A DNA stretch of 63,968 nucleotides, filler included, from Vicugna vicugna (lineage: Eukaryota): assembly GCA_013265495.1 (NCBI GenBank). It is 78 parts of 75 records of this genome, joined end to end, with 100 filler letters (N's around TTAATTAATTAA, not from the genome) between each part and the next. Parts side by side here need not be neighbours in the genome. Positions count along the whole stretch, not along the records: positions 50,315 to 51,170 come from MU058262.1; positions 51,271 to 52,078 come from MU058263.1; positions 52,179 to 53,071 come from MU058266.1; positions 53,172 to 54,609 come from MU058268.1; positions 54,710 to 55,204 come from PNXW01003905.1; positions 55,305 to 56,464 come from MU058271.1; positions 56,565 to 56,954 come from MU058273.1; positions 57,055 to 57,293 come from PNXW01003916.1; 70 more parts are not named here. One strand, given 5' to 3'. This document shows, in pieces, positions 50,315 to 62,203 of the stretch. Under the pieces are notes generated by a model that ran no database searches, was not told where the DNA came from, and saw nothing but the letters and a program-made list of their open reading frames with translations. Within the stretch, counting starts at the first letter, position 1. Each line of letters starts with the position of its first letter. Both the position numbers and the translations under genes were made by a program.

Positions 50315-51170
50315 AAACTGCAGGAACTTCAAACCGGCACTAGGAAACAGACTGAGAGAACACAGTAAGTGTTTCTCCTGCAGCCCGTTCCCTTTGTGCT
50401 TGATGAACGAACGTCTCTCCACATGCTCAGGTCTGAGAGATAAGTGTGTGTGAAAGCCGTCCTTCACCTAGCTTGAAGGGAACACAAAGTTTCTTTTCAG
50501 TTNNNNNNNNNNNNNNNNNNNNNNNNNNNNNNNNNNNNNNNNNNNTTGCCAACTCCACTCCACAAATATATATGGGGAGGTACAAGCTCCAACTCGGTTT
50601 TACAGTGACAACTGCACGAACTTCATACCGGCACTAGGAAACAGACTGAGAAACCACAGTAAATGTTTCTCCTGCAACCCGTTCCCTTTGTGCTAGATGA
50701 AAGAACGTCTCTCCACATGCTCAGTTGTGAGAGATAACTTTGTGTGAAAGCCTTCCTTCACCTAGCTTGAAGGGAACACAAAGTTTCTTTTTAGTTGCCA
50801 ACTCCACTCCATACAAATATATGGGTAGGTGCAAGCTCCGACTCGGTTTACAGTGAAAACTGCAGGAACTTCAAACCGGCACATGGACACAGACTGAGAA
50901 GCCACAGAAAGTGTTTCTCCTGTAGCCCGTTCCCTTTGTGCTAGATGAACGAACGTCTCTCCACATGCTCAATTCTGAGACATAAGTGTGTGTGAAAGCC
51001 GTCCTTCAACTAGCTTGAAGGGAACACAAAGTTTCCTTTCAGTTGCCAACTACACTCCACAAATATATATGGGTAGGTGCAAGGTCCAACTCGGTTTTAC
51101 AGTGAATAATGCAGGAACTTCATAACGGCACTAGGAAACAGACAGAGAAACCACAGTAAGTGTTTCTCCT
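50315..51170 (+). repeat. Satellite family C, ~3.4 monomers
   Basis: GCAC anchor at 50631, 50879 and 51128 (248 and 249 bp apart). Confidence 0.96.
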
Positions 51171-52875
51171 NNNNNNNNNNNNNNNNNNNNNNNNNNNNNN
51201 NNNNNNNNNNNNNNTTAATTAATTAANNNNNNNNNNNNNNNNNNNNNNNNNNNNNNNNNNNNNNNNNNNNTGCGCAGTTATCACTGTAAGTATAGGTATG
51301 GGCAAATCAATTCTTTGCCCCAAACATCTCCCCAGGCCCCAGCCCATTACTGTCTGAGCATATCTGTCCTACTGCATCTCCTGCTGCTCCAAGTACCTTG
51401 AGCTGTGATCTTCCCGAACATACCCAACTGCCTTGCAGCCCCTGCCTAGGCTGTACCCCGCATCACAGCTTGCATTCCCCACTCTGCTTGTGTCTTTGTA
51501 TACACCAGTTGTTAACACAGGTAAAAGACAAGTAGCAGGCATTAAAGAAAAGTAGTAGGCATTTATTTGAGGAAATGAGTTAACTGATCCGCTTCAGGAA
51601 AGTTATGTTTCTCCTGCCCTGAAACAGGTGAGTGATGACTTTCGAGATCCATTCTCATCCGTACCCTTGGTTTCCATGAATGGCAAACCTATGCTCCCTC
51701 CTGGGCTAGGATGAGCCTTAGGAGAAGAGGAGGGACAAGGAAACCAGTCTCTGGATTATGGGACCCCATCTGGCCTAGTTTTAGGTCGGCTTCTCCTCAA
51801 CTTCTGAGATACCCTGGAAAACAAGACAGAACAAATCTCGCTAAAACAAATACCGTCTAGTGCCAAGNNNNNNNNNNNNNNNNNNNNNNNNNNNNNNNNN
51901 NNNNNNNNNNNNNNNNNNNNNNNNNNNNNNNNNNNNNNNNNNNNNNNNNNNNNNNNNNNNNNNAGGGCCGGCACGGAGGAGGTGAGAAACAAGACTTCCA
52001 ACGGTTCTCCCCTGGGGAGCCCCCCTGCACGATGCAGTCGGTCTTGTCCATGCATGTCCCTCTCTTTATGGGGCTCGCNNNNNNNNNNNNNNNNNNNNNN
52101 NNNNNNNNNNNNNNNNNNNNNNTTAATTAATTAANNNNNNNNNNNNNNNNNNNNNNNNNNNNNNNNNNNNNNNNNNNNGGGTCCAGCAGCACAGTCTATC
52201 ACCCTATTTTTATTCAGATCTAGTCTTAGCCAGCACCCCATTCCTATGGAACTCGAGGGCAAATGATAACAATAAGGATTTTATATCCAGTAGTTTGTTA
52301 GGTCTCATTTATATATAGTGTCAGCAGGTCAGCAGAAAATCTCTGGAAAATANNNNNNNNNNNNNNNNNNNNNNNNNNNNNNNNNNNNNNNNNNNNNNNN
52401 NNNNNNNNNNNNNNNNNNNNNNNNNNNNNNNNNNNNNNNNNNNNNNNNNNNNNNNNNNNNNNNNNNNNNNNNNNNNNNNNNNNNNNNNNNNNNNNNNNNN
52501 NNNNNNNNNNNNNNNNNNNNNNNNNNNNNNNNNNNNNNNNNNNNNNNNNNNNNNNNNNNNNNNNNNNNNNNNNNNNNNNNNNNNNNNNNNNNNNNNNNNN
52601 NNNNNNNNNNNNNNNNNNNNNNNNNNNNNNNNNNNNNNNNNNNNNNNNNNNNNNNNNNNNNNNNNNNNNNNNNNNNNNNNNNNNNNNNNNNNNNNNNNNN
52701 NNNNNNNNNNNNNNNNNNNNNNNNNNNNNNNNNNNNNNNNNNNNNNNNNNNNNNNNNNNNNNNNNNNNNNNNNNNNNNNNNNNNNNNNNNNNNNNNNNNN
52801 NNNNNNNNNNNNNNNNNNNNNNNNNNNNNNNNNNNNNNNNNNNNNNNNNNNNNNNNNNNNNNNNNAGCCTGATGT

Positions 52876-52904
52876 TGTGTGTGTGTGTGCGTGTGTGTGT
52901 GTGT
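52876..52904 (+). repeat. (TG)n microsatellite inside a low-copy duplicated segment
   Basis: TG dinucleotide run with one CG interruption. Confidence 0.9.
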
Positions 52905-53171
52905 AAATCAAATACAATCAAGTCTGGGATGTGAACACTTTTTTTATGTGACTGTCATTTCATGGAGATGAGCCAACATTTAAATTAATTTGAATCTAGT
53001 GTCCTGAGACAGTCTCAGGCTCTTGTTGGTGGAGGTGAAAGGGGAGAGTAAAGGGGGAAAGAGGTACATGANNNNNNNNNNNNNNNNNNNNNNNNNNNNN
53101 NNNNNNNNNNNNNNNTTAATTAATTAANNNNNNNNNNNNNNNNNNNNNNNNNNNNNNNNNNNNNNNNNNNN

Positions 53172-54609
53172 ATATAGAATACAGAATACTGAATATACAA
53201 TTAATATATAGAATGTTGAATACAGAATTTAGAATATATAATAAAGAATACTGAATATAGAGTTTAGAATATTGAATGTAGAACACACAATATAGAACGT
53301 AAAATATGGAATGCAGAATATAGAATACAGAATATAGAAAACAGATTATAGAATATGGAAAAAAGAATACAGAAACAGAATTTAGAACATGGAATGCAGT
53401 ACACAGTGTTTAGAATAGAGAATACAGAATAGTGCATATAGAATTTAGAATGTCGAATGCGGAACACAGATTTTAGAATATAAAATACAGAATACTGAAT
53501 ATAGAATTTAGAATATGGAATGCAGAACACATTATTTAGAATATAGAATACAGAATACTGAATATAGAATTTAGAATATAGAATGNNNNNNNNNNNNNNN
53601 NNNNNNNNNNNNNNNNNNNNNNNNNNNNNNNNNNNNNNNNNNNNNNNNNNNNNNNNNNNNNNNNNNNNNNNNNNNNNNNNNNNNNNNNNNNNNNNNNNNN
53701 NNNNNNNNNNNNNNNNNNNNNNNNNNNNNNNNNNNNNNNNNNNNNNNNNNNNNNNNNNNNNNNNNNNNNNNNNNNNNNNNNNNNNNNNNNNNNNNNNNNN
53801 NNNNNNNNNNNNNNNNNNNNNNNNNNNNNNNNNNNNNNNNNNNNNNNNNNNNNNNNNNNNNNNNNNNNNNNNNNNNNNNNNNNNNNNNNNNNNNNNNNNN
53901 NNNNNNNNNNNNNNNNNNNNNNNNNNNNNNNNNNNNNNNNNNNNNNNNNNNNNNNNNNNNNNNNNNNNNNNNNNNNNNNNNNNNNNNNNNNNNNNNNNNN
54001 NNNNNNNNNNNNNNNNNNNNNNNNNNNNNNNNNNNNNNNNNNNNNNNNNNNNNNNNNNNNNNNNNNNNNNNNNNNNNNNNNNNNNNNNNNNNNNNNNNNN
54101 NNNNNNNNNNNNNNNNNNNNNNNNNNNNNNNNNNNNNNNNNNNNNNNNNNNNNNNNNNNNNNNNNNNNNNNNNNNNNNNNNNNNNNNNNNNNNNNNNNNN
54201 NNNNNNNNNNNNNNNNNNNNNNNNNNNNNNNNNNNNNNNNNNNNNNNNNNNNNNNNNNNNNNNNNNNNNNNNNNNNNNNNNNNNNNNNNNNNNNNNNNNN
54301 NNNNNNNNNNNNNNNNNNNNNNNNNNNNNNNNNNNNNNNNNNNNNNNNNNNNNNNNNNNNNNNNNNNNNNNNATTTAGAATATTGAAAACAGAATATAGA
54401 ACCCAGAATTTAGAACATGGAATGCAGAACACAGAATTTGGAATATAAAATGCGGAATACTGAATATAGAATTTAGAATATAGAATGAAGAACACAGAGT
54501 ATAGGATATAGACTATGGAATGCAGAATATAGAATATAGAATGTAGAATAATGAGCACATAATATAAAATAGTGAATGTAGAACCCAGAATTTAGAACAT
54601 GGAATGCAG
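53172..54609 (+). repeat. Satellite family E, (AGAATAT)n (internal gap)
   Basis: 7-bp periodicity. Confidence 0.96.
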
Positions 54610-55304
54610 NNNNNNNNNNNNNNNNNNNNNNNNNNNNNNNNNNNNNNNNNNNNTTAATTAATTAANNNNNNNNNNNNNNNNNNNNNNNNNNNNNNNNNNN
54701 NNNNNNNNNCTCAGTCCACCTTTGCACTCCTCCCAGGTAGCCTGATCAGCACTTTGTCTTTCCATCTCTGTGTGTCTCTGTCTCGCTTGTCCTAATCCTC
54801 AGCCGCCCGTGGTACAGAGGGGCAGCCAAAGTTTCCTTCGGAGACAGCTGTTTCCCATTTCAGGAGGCTCAGCTTTGTGGCTTTGTTGATTGTCTTCTCA
54901 CCTCTAGGTTCGGTCTGACTTGTAGCGAAAACATAACTAACCATTTTTGCTAAGACCTCCAGGGCCAGCACCTGAGCTGTCAGCTGCAGGCCCTCTGCGA
55001 GAGCATCCTGCTATGCAGATGCCACCGAAGTCATAAGCCACAGACCACCCCCCGACCCGGGGGGAAATGAAGGCAGTTTCCCTAAGGCCCACTGGTGAGG
55101 AAAATTGGTTGATCGAGTTATTTCTAAGTGGCTTTTCAAATCTTCTCCTTATTTTGGGGAAGGGAGTTAGATTGTCAGGGCCTGGTCCCTTGCCCACAGA
55201 TAAANNNNNNNNNNNNNNNNNNNNNNNNNNNNNNNNNNNNNNNNNNNNTTAATTAATTAANNNNNNNNNNNNNNNNNNNNNNNNNNNNNNNNNNNNNNNN
55301 NNNN

Positions 55305-56464
55305 GCTTGTCTTCCCTGATGGTTTGCCTAGGCCAGTGTGTGTTTGAATGTGGGATTTGAGATCTAAAAGTAAGTATTAGCGTGTGCCTCTCCAAGGGTA
55401 GTGGAGATGTTTAAACTACAACCCACAACTTGGGAATTACTGTGACCCCTGTAAAATGCGTGTGCTTTTTCCTCACGTCCAGCACACACAGGAAGAAGTG
55501 TTCTGGGGTTCTGAGTGTGGGGAGTTTCCTCCAACAGACAGCAGAACCTGGGTTTTAATAGAATCCCTTAGCTTGACTTCCCTAAGTGTTTTCCTAGGCC
55601 TAGCAGTAAGCGATGGTGGTGGNNNNNNNNNNNNNNNNNNNNNNNNNNNNNNNNNNNNNNNNNNNNNNNNNNNNNNNNNNNNNNNNNNNNNNNNNNNNNN
55701 NNNNNNNNNNNNNNNNNNNNNNNNNNNNNNNNNNNNNNNNNNNNNNNNNNNNNNNNNNNNNNNNNNNNNNNNNNNNNNNNNNNNNNNNNNNNNNNNNNNN
55801 NNNNNNNNNNNNNNNNNNNNNNNNNNNNNNNNNNNNNNNNNNNNNNNNNNNNNNNNNNNNNNNNNNNNNNNNNNNNNNNNNNNNNNNNNNNNNNNNNNNN
55901 NNNNNNNNNNNNNNNNNNNNNNNNNNNNNNNNCTACAACCCACAACCATGGAATAAATGTGCCCCCTGAAAGATGCTTTGACTGTTTCCCTACATCCAGC
56001 ACACACACGATGATATGTTTTGTTATTCTGAGTGTGGGGAAGTTCCTCAAACTGACAGCACCACCTGGATTCAATTAGTATCCCTTAGATTCTGTTCCCT
56101 GAGTGTTCTTTTAGGCCAGGCCATGAGGGAAAGCTGGGGGTTGGGCTTGGAGGCCAAGTAGCAGTGAGTGCCCCCTGATCCATTGAGGAAATACTTAGAG
56201 GACTTCTCCCTAAAAAAAAAAACCTTTTCCTCCATTCATCTGGGTGCAGTGGTGCTGCACATCTCTCCCACACCTAAGAATGTGTTCTGGAATTCTGAGT
56301 GCAGGGAAGTTCCTCCAACTGACAGCAGCGCCTGGGTTCTAATTGAATCCCTTTGCTAGTCTTCCCTGATGGAATGCCTAGGCGGGAGTGCGGGGGACAG
56401 TTTGGTTTGGGCTCTGAATCCAAGTATTTGCGATGACCTCTCTATGATTTGTGGAGGTGTTTAA
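55305..56464 (-). repeat. Satellite family D (internal gap)
   Basis: GCTTG.CTTCCCT at 55305 and 55571 (266 bp); CTGAGTG at 56028 and 56295 (267 bp). Confidence 0.92.
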
Positions 56465-57054
56465 NNNNNNNNNNNNNNNNNNNNNNNNNNNNNNNNNNNN
56501 NNNNNNNNTTAATTAATTAANNNNNNNNNNNNNNNNNNNNNNNNNNNNNNNNNNNNNNNNNNNNTGAGAGCCTTTCTTTCCACAGGAAGCAGAGAAAGCC
56601 CCTATAGCAGTGATGCCCGAACCTCACCCGAGCCCTACTTGTCTCCTTGGGAGCCACTTTCACCAAGTAGCCCTTGGAGGTTAGCAAAGGGCGCGTGTGG
56701 TCAAGGGAGAGGGAGGGGAATGGACCTGCTCTCTCTCCTGCCTGGAGCTGCTTAGGCCAGAATTCCACATCTCTCCCGGGGAAACCAGGGAGAGGCAGCC
56801 AGCTGCTCCCTGCTGGAAGGCGTCCCAAATCTGGAGAAGAAATGGGAGAGTACCTGAATCCCAAGAAGAAGGACACCCCTGCATGACTTAACCCCTTTTG
56901 GCCACTTCGACAGTCCTGGGCTGTTAGAGGAGGGTGTGTAGCTTTTCTCATCTANNNNNNNNNNNNNNNNNNNNNNNNNNNNNNNNNNNNNNNNNNNNTT
57001 AATTAATTAANNNNNNNNNNNNNNNNNNNNNNNNNNNNNNNNNNNNNNNNNNNN

Positions 57055-57293
57055 TCTAAATTCTGTGTTCTACGTTCTATATTCTAAATTCTGTATTCAC
57101 TAATCTCTATAATATATTCTAAATACTTTGTTCTGCATTCCATGTTCTAAGTTCTGTGTTTTATATTCTGCTTTCCATATTTTATATTTTGTGTTCTAAA
57201 TTCTATATTCTGTATTCTATATTCTGCATTCCGTATTCTACATTATATATTCTGTGTTCTACATTCTATATTCCAAAGTCTATATTCAGTATT
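57055..57293 (-). repeat. Satellite family E, read as (ATATTCT)n
   Basis: 7-bp periodicity, reverse complement. Confidence 0.95.
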
Positions 57294-57393
57294 NNNNNNN
57301 NNNNNNNNNNNNNNNNNNNNNNNNNNNNNNNNNNNNNTTAATTAATTAANNNNNNNNNNNNNNNNNNNNNNNNNNNNNNNNNNNNNNNNNNNN

Positions 57394-58205
57394 TATTCTG
57401 TGTTATAAAATCTGTGTACTACATTCTATATTATGTATACTGTATTCTATTTTCTTAGTTCTCTGTACTGAATTCCATGTTCTTATTTCTGGGATCTGTA
57501 TTCTGTATTCTGTATACTCTATTCCGTGTTCTACATTATGTATTCTTCATTCTATATTCTGTATCCTGTATTCTACATTCAATATTCTGTGTTCTATATT
57601 CTATATTCTACATTCTGTATTCTGTATTCTGTATTCTATATCCTACATCCTTTGATCTGAATTCCATATTCTANNNNNNNNNNNNNNNNNNNNNNNNNNN
57701 NNNNNNNNNNNNNNNNNNNNNNNNNNNNNNNNNNNNNNNNNNNNNNNNNNNNNNNNNNNNNNNNNNNNNNNNNNNNNNNNNNNNNNNNNNNNNNNNNNNN
57801 NNNNNNNNNNNNNNNNNNNNNNNNNNNNNNNNNNNNNNNNNNNNNNNNNNNNNNNNNNNNNNNNNNNNNNNNNNNNNNNNNNNNNNNNNNNNNNNNNNNN
57901 NNNNNNNNNNNNNNNNNNNNNNNNNNNNNNNNNNNNNNNNNNNNNNNNNNNNNNNNNNNNNNNNNNNNNNNNNNNNNNNNNNNNNNNNNNNNNNNNNNNN
58001 NNNNNNNNNNNNNNNNNNNNNNNNNNNNNNNNNNNNNNNNNNNNNNNNNNNNNNNNNNNNNNNNNNNNNNNNNNNNNNNNNNNNNNNNNNNNNNNNNNNN
58101 NNNNNNNNTATTCTGTGTATTCTATATCCTACATTCTATATTGTGCACCCTGTATTCTAAATTCTGTATTCTAAATTCTGTGTTCTGAATTCCATGTTCT
58201 AAATT
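57394..58205 (-). repeat. Satellite family E, read as (ATATTCT)n (internal gap)
   Basis: 7-bp periodicity, reverse complement. Confidence 0.95.
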
Positions 58206-58305
58206 NNNNNNNNNNNNNNNNNNNNNNNNNNNNNNNNNNNNNNNNNNNNTTAATTAATTAANNNNNNNNNNNNNNNNNNNNNNNNNNNNNNNNNNNNNNN
58301 NNNNN

Positions 58306-58606
58306 GAATTACATACAAAAAAGAATGTTTAATTCTTCATTTGTTACATTACAGTAAGATTTGATTATAGTTTTTATTTTCATTTCTAAATTATGAAACT
58401 TTTGATACATACAGGTTATTATTATAAAATATATATCCATTACTCTACCACCCAAACAGGAATTACATAAAGAATGTTTAATTCTTCATTTGTTACATTA
58501 CAGTAAGATTTGATTATAGTTTTTATTTTCATTTCTAAATTATGAAACTTTTGATACATACAGGTTATTATTATAAAATATATATCCATTACTCTACCAC
58601 CCAAAC
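58306..58606 (+). repeat. Near-perfect tandem duplication, 149-bp period
   Basis: AGAATGTTTAATTC...ACCACCCAAAC starts at 58322 and 58471. Confidence 0.95.
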
Positions 58607-58844
58607 TGAGAAGTAAAAGGTGTTTCTTTTATTTTTATTTTCAATAATTTTTGCAGCATGTTTAAGTGTTCCTCTTGCAAATATCCTAGAGATTCCCCCC
58701 AAATATCTGAGAATTTATGCATTTTAATGTCTTTTAATATAATANNNNNNNNNNNNNNNNNNNNNNNNNNNNNNNNNNNNNNNNNNNNTTAATTAATTAA
58801 NNNNNNNNNNNNNNNNNNNNNNNNNNNNNNNNNNNNNNNNNNNN

Positions 58845-59040
58845 GAAAAGTTGCTAAGTGTTATGAGAAAGGGAAGATTGATTAGGTAAAGCACAGAGGA
58901 TTTTTAGGGCAGTGAAACAATTGTGTGTGGTATTGTAATAGTGGATAAATACCATTGTACACTTGTCCAGACACATAGAGTATTCAACACCAAGAGTGAG
59001 TCCAAAGGCAATTATGAGTGATTATAATGTGCCAGTGTAG
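58845..59040 (+). mobile_element. L1MC-like LINE 3'UTR fragment
   Basis: AGCACAGAGGATTTTTAGGGCAGTGAAAC..CAACACCAAGAGTGA matches the recalled L1MC1-type 3' end. Confidence 0.78.
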
Positions 59041-59774
59041 ATAAGTATATATTTATACATGCTGCTGGGTCCTATATATCCCAGGACATGGGCTTTCTCT
59101 GGGAAGAATGATTGTTGCATCAGGGTCTTGGTCCTCTCATATATGTAGATATAGGGTAGACTGATAAAAAAAGAATGTCTGGATATTGAGAAACTCAAAA
59201 TTAAAGTGATAAGATTTACAATATTAAAAACCAACTAATCCCTTGAAGATTTCTAGAGTAATTAGACAAAAAATGTACAGAGAGGATTTTCTTATAGAGT
59301 TTCCAACCTTTGTCTAACAATTTGTACACCTCACAGAATATATATTTTTAAACGTACATATAAAAATGACAAAANNNNNNNNNNNNNNNNNNNNNNNNNN
59401 NNNNNNNNNNNNNNNNNNNNNNNNNNNNNNNNNNNNNNNNNNNNNNNNNNNNNNNNNNNNNNNNNNNNNNNNNNNNNNNNNNNNNNNNNNNNNNNNNNNN
59501 NNNNNNNNNNNNNNNNNNNNNNNNNNNNNNNNNNNNNNNNNNNNNNNNNNNNNNNNNNNNNNNNNNNNNNNNNNNNNCTTCTGCTTTTCTTTATAATTTC
59601 TTGAACACACATATATATCAATAAAATGATATCATTTAGTTTAAGTTGCCATTTATATTTATTAAATGTTATATTTTTTTCAATTTCCCCTGAGACAATC
59701 TCTTTACTACAATTTTTATATTTAGAATTATTAATTTTTATAAAACTGAAATTTTTAGAATGAAACTTAAAAAT

Positions 59775-59990
59775 TACTCCATTTATCCATTTTCCAAAAA
59801 GTGGATATTTGAGTTATTTACAATGTTTGTTTACTATAAGCAATGATGTTATGAACATACTTGTATAATTATCTTGGTGCACACTGAACACAGGCAGAAG
59901 GTTGAAGGTAACTTAGGAAAGAAATTGCTAGAGTTCGTGTGTTGACACCTTTAATTTATAAGGGTATTATAATTTTCTGAAGTTAATGTA
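59775..59990 (-). mobile_element. Ancient L1 (L1ME-like) 3' fragment
   Basis: TTTATCCATTTTCC..TGGATATTTGAGTTATTT..AATGATGTTATGAACATACTTGT..CTTAGGAAAGAAATTGCTAG. Confidence 0.6.
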
Positions 59991-60281
59991 ATAGAGGAGA
60001 ACAAATCTTACTCTTTATTAGATCTGTTCCTTTNNNNNNNNNNNNNNNNNNNNNNNNNNNNNNNNNNNNNNNNNNNNTTAATTAATTAANNNNNNNNNNN
60101 NNNNNNNNNNNNNNNNNNNNNNNNNNNNNNNNNTACTTTCCCCTTTCCCCTCCTCCACCAAGACAGCCTGAGACTCTCAGAACACTAGATTCAAGTTACT
60201 TTAAAGGTTGTCTCATCCTCATGAAATGAGAGTAACATAAAAAAAATCTGTACACATCCCAGAATACATTGTATTTGATTT

Positions 60282-60328
60282 ACACACACACATGCGCGCG
60301 TGCGTGCGCACACACACACAAACACACA
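60282..60328 (+). repeat. Compound (CA)n/(CG)n microsatellite
   Basis: ACACACACACATGCGCGCGTGCGTGCGCACACACACAC: alternating purine-pyrimidine tract. Confidence 0.9.
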
Positions 60329-62203
60329 ATCAGGCTACCTCCCACTTGCAGAGGGAGAAGGACCACTTTTTCTGAGTTTTCATTCACTGAGCGTGAGGAC
60401 AAAGTCTGTTACGTAGACTTTCACCAGGCTTTGTGCATGGTGCTTTTAATTGGATTTCTGCTAGCTTTTTGGAATATAGTCTCCTAATAGAAGAGAGAAA
60501 GTGGAGACATAGACATCCTGCTGAGATAGTGGTGTCATCATATTTGAGTTGGAAAAGGCTTAAGGCAACATAGAGTCGTATTTTATGGGTGAGAATCCAT
60601 GATGGTGTAACTTGGACAAGAACCNNNNNNNNNNNNNNNNNNNNNNNNNNNNNNNNNNNNNNNNNNNNTTAATTAATTAANNNNNNNNNNNNNNNNNNNN
60701 NNNNNNNNNNNNNNNNNNNNNNNNACCCGTGCCACAGGGATGAGAGGACAAGGAAGTGTGGTCCAAGTCAACAGCGCGTGAAGAGGAAGCATTTCCTTCA
60801 GCACTATCTCCCAAAAGCGGATGCTACATTTTGGATGGCACCGGCACGGTACGGCACCGAGGACACCAAGGTAGGTCTGCGGGATCATTCCAGCAGGCCC
60901 TGATGTGNNNNNNNNNNNNNNNNNNNNNNNNNNNNNNNNNNNNNNNNNNNNNNNNNNNNNNNNNNNNNNNNNNNNNNNNNNNNNNNNNNNNNNNNNNNNN
61001 NNNNNNNNNNNNNNNNNNNNNNNNNNNNNNNNNNNNNNNNNNNNNNNNNNNNNNNNNNNNNNNNNNNNNNNNNNNNNNNNNNNNNNNNNNNNNNNNNNNN
61101 NNNNNNNNNNNNNNNNNNNNNNNNNNNNNNNNNNNNNNNNNNNNNNNNNNNNNNNNNNNNNNNNNNNNNNNNNNNNNNNNNNNNNNNNNNNNNNNNNNNN
61201 NNNNNNNNNNNNNNNNNNNNNNNNNNNNNNNNNNNNNNNNNNNNNNNNNNNNNNNNNNNNNNNNNNNNNNNNNNNNNNNNNNNNNNNNNNNNNNNNNNNN
61301 NNNNNNNNNCTTAACAAAGCCCTAGAAGTCTACACTAGATACCTGATATTACCTGACCAGTAGGGTTGAAGAAGTAAAGTAAAAGAAACAGGAAGTACCA
61401 TATTCAGTTCCAAAGGTATTGAAGGCCCAAAATCTAAGCTTTCAAACAACTAGACTGCAAAACGCTATCCAGACCAAGNNNNNNNNNNNNNNNNNNNNNN
61501 NNNNNNNNNNNNNNNNNNNNNNTTAATTAATTAANNNNNNNNNNNNNNNNNNNNNNNNNNNNNNNNNNNNNNNNNNNNTCAGAACAAATACTGCTGGGAA
61601 GTGGGAGCTTGAAACATGTTTGTCATCTTTGCCATTGGGGAGTGTTGGGTTCAGGTTCCTCACAGCCCGTCCGAGGCTCCCTGCGTCTCCGGCTGCCCCT
61701 GGTGGGGTCTGCAGGGCTCTGGGCAGCTTCTCCTTGATCTCTACCCCAAGGCTCTCTGCTCTCTGCAGGTTGATTCTCAACCCTGACTGCTCAGTAGAGC
61801 TANNNNNNNNNNNNNNNNNNNNNNNNNNNNNNNNNNNNNNNNNNNNNNNNNNNNNNNNNNNNNNNNNNNNNNNNNNNNNNNNNNNNNNNNNNNNNNNNNN
61901 NNNNNNNNNNNNNNNNNNNNNNNNNNNNNNNNNNNNNNNNNNNNNNNNNNNNNNNNNNNNNNNNNNNNNNNNNNNNNNNNNNNNNNNNNNNNNNNNNNNN
62001 NNNNNNNNNNNNNNNNNNNNNNNNNNNNNNNNNNNNNNNNNNNAGGCTCCCAGTCTCATGTGCGGAAGGGTGAGAGCTACCCCATACACCTCTTCTCGTA
62101 GCTNNNNNNNNNNNNNNNNNNNNNNNNNNNNNNNNNNNNNNNNNNNNTTAATTAATTAANNNNNNNNNNNNNNNNNNNNNNNNNNNNNNNNNNNNNNNNN
62201 NNN

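Noticed and set aside
53264..54558. F/Y/I/L/S-rich hydrophobic ORFs (also 27212-27703, 33099-34258, 57156-58160)
   Set aside because: These are translations of the (ATATTCT)n heptamer strand, which seldom contains stops; low complexity, not membrane proteins
56565..56954. Splice-acceptor-like TTTCTTTCCACAG followed by short ORFs
   Set aside because: All frames close within about 55 codons of the acceptor and no protein is recognisable, so a CDS cannot be supported
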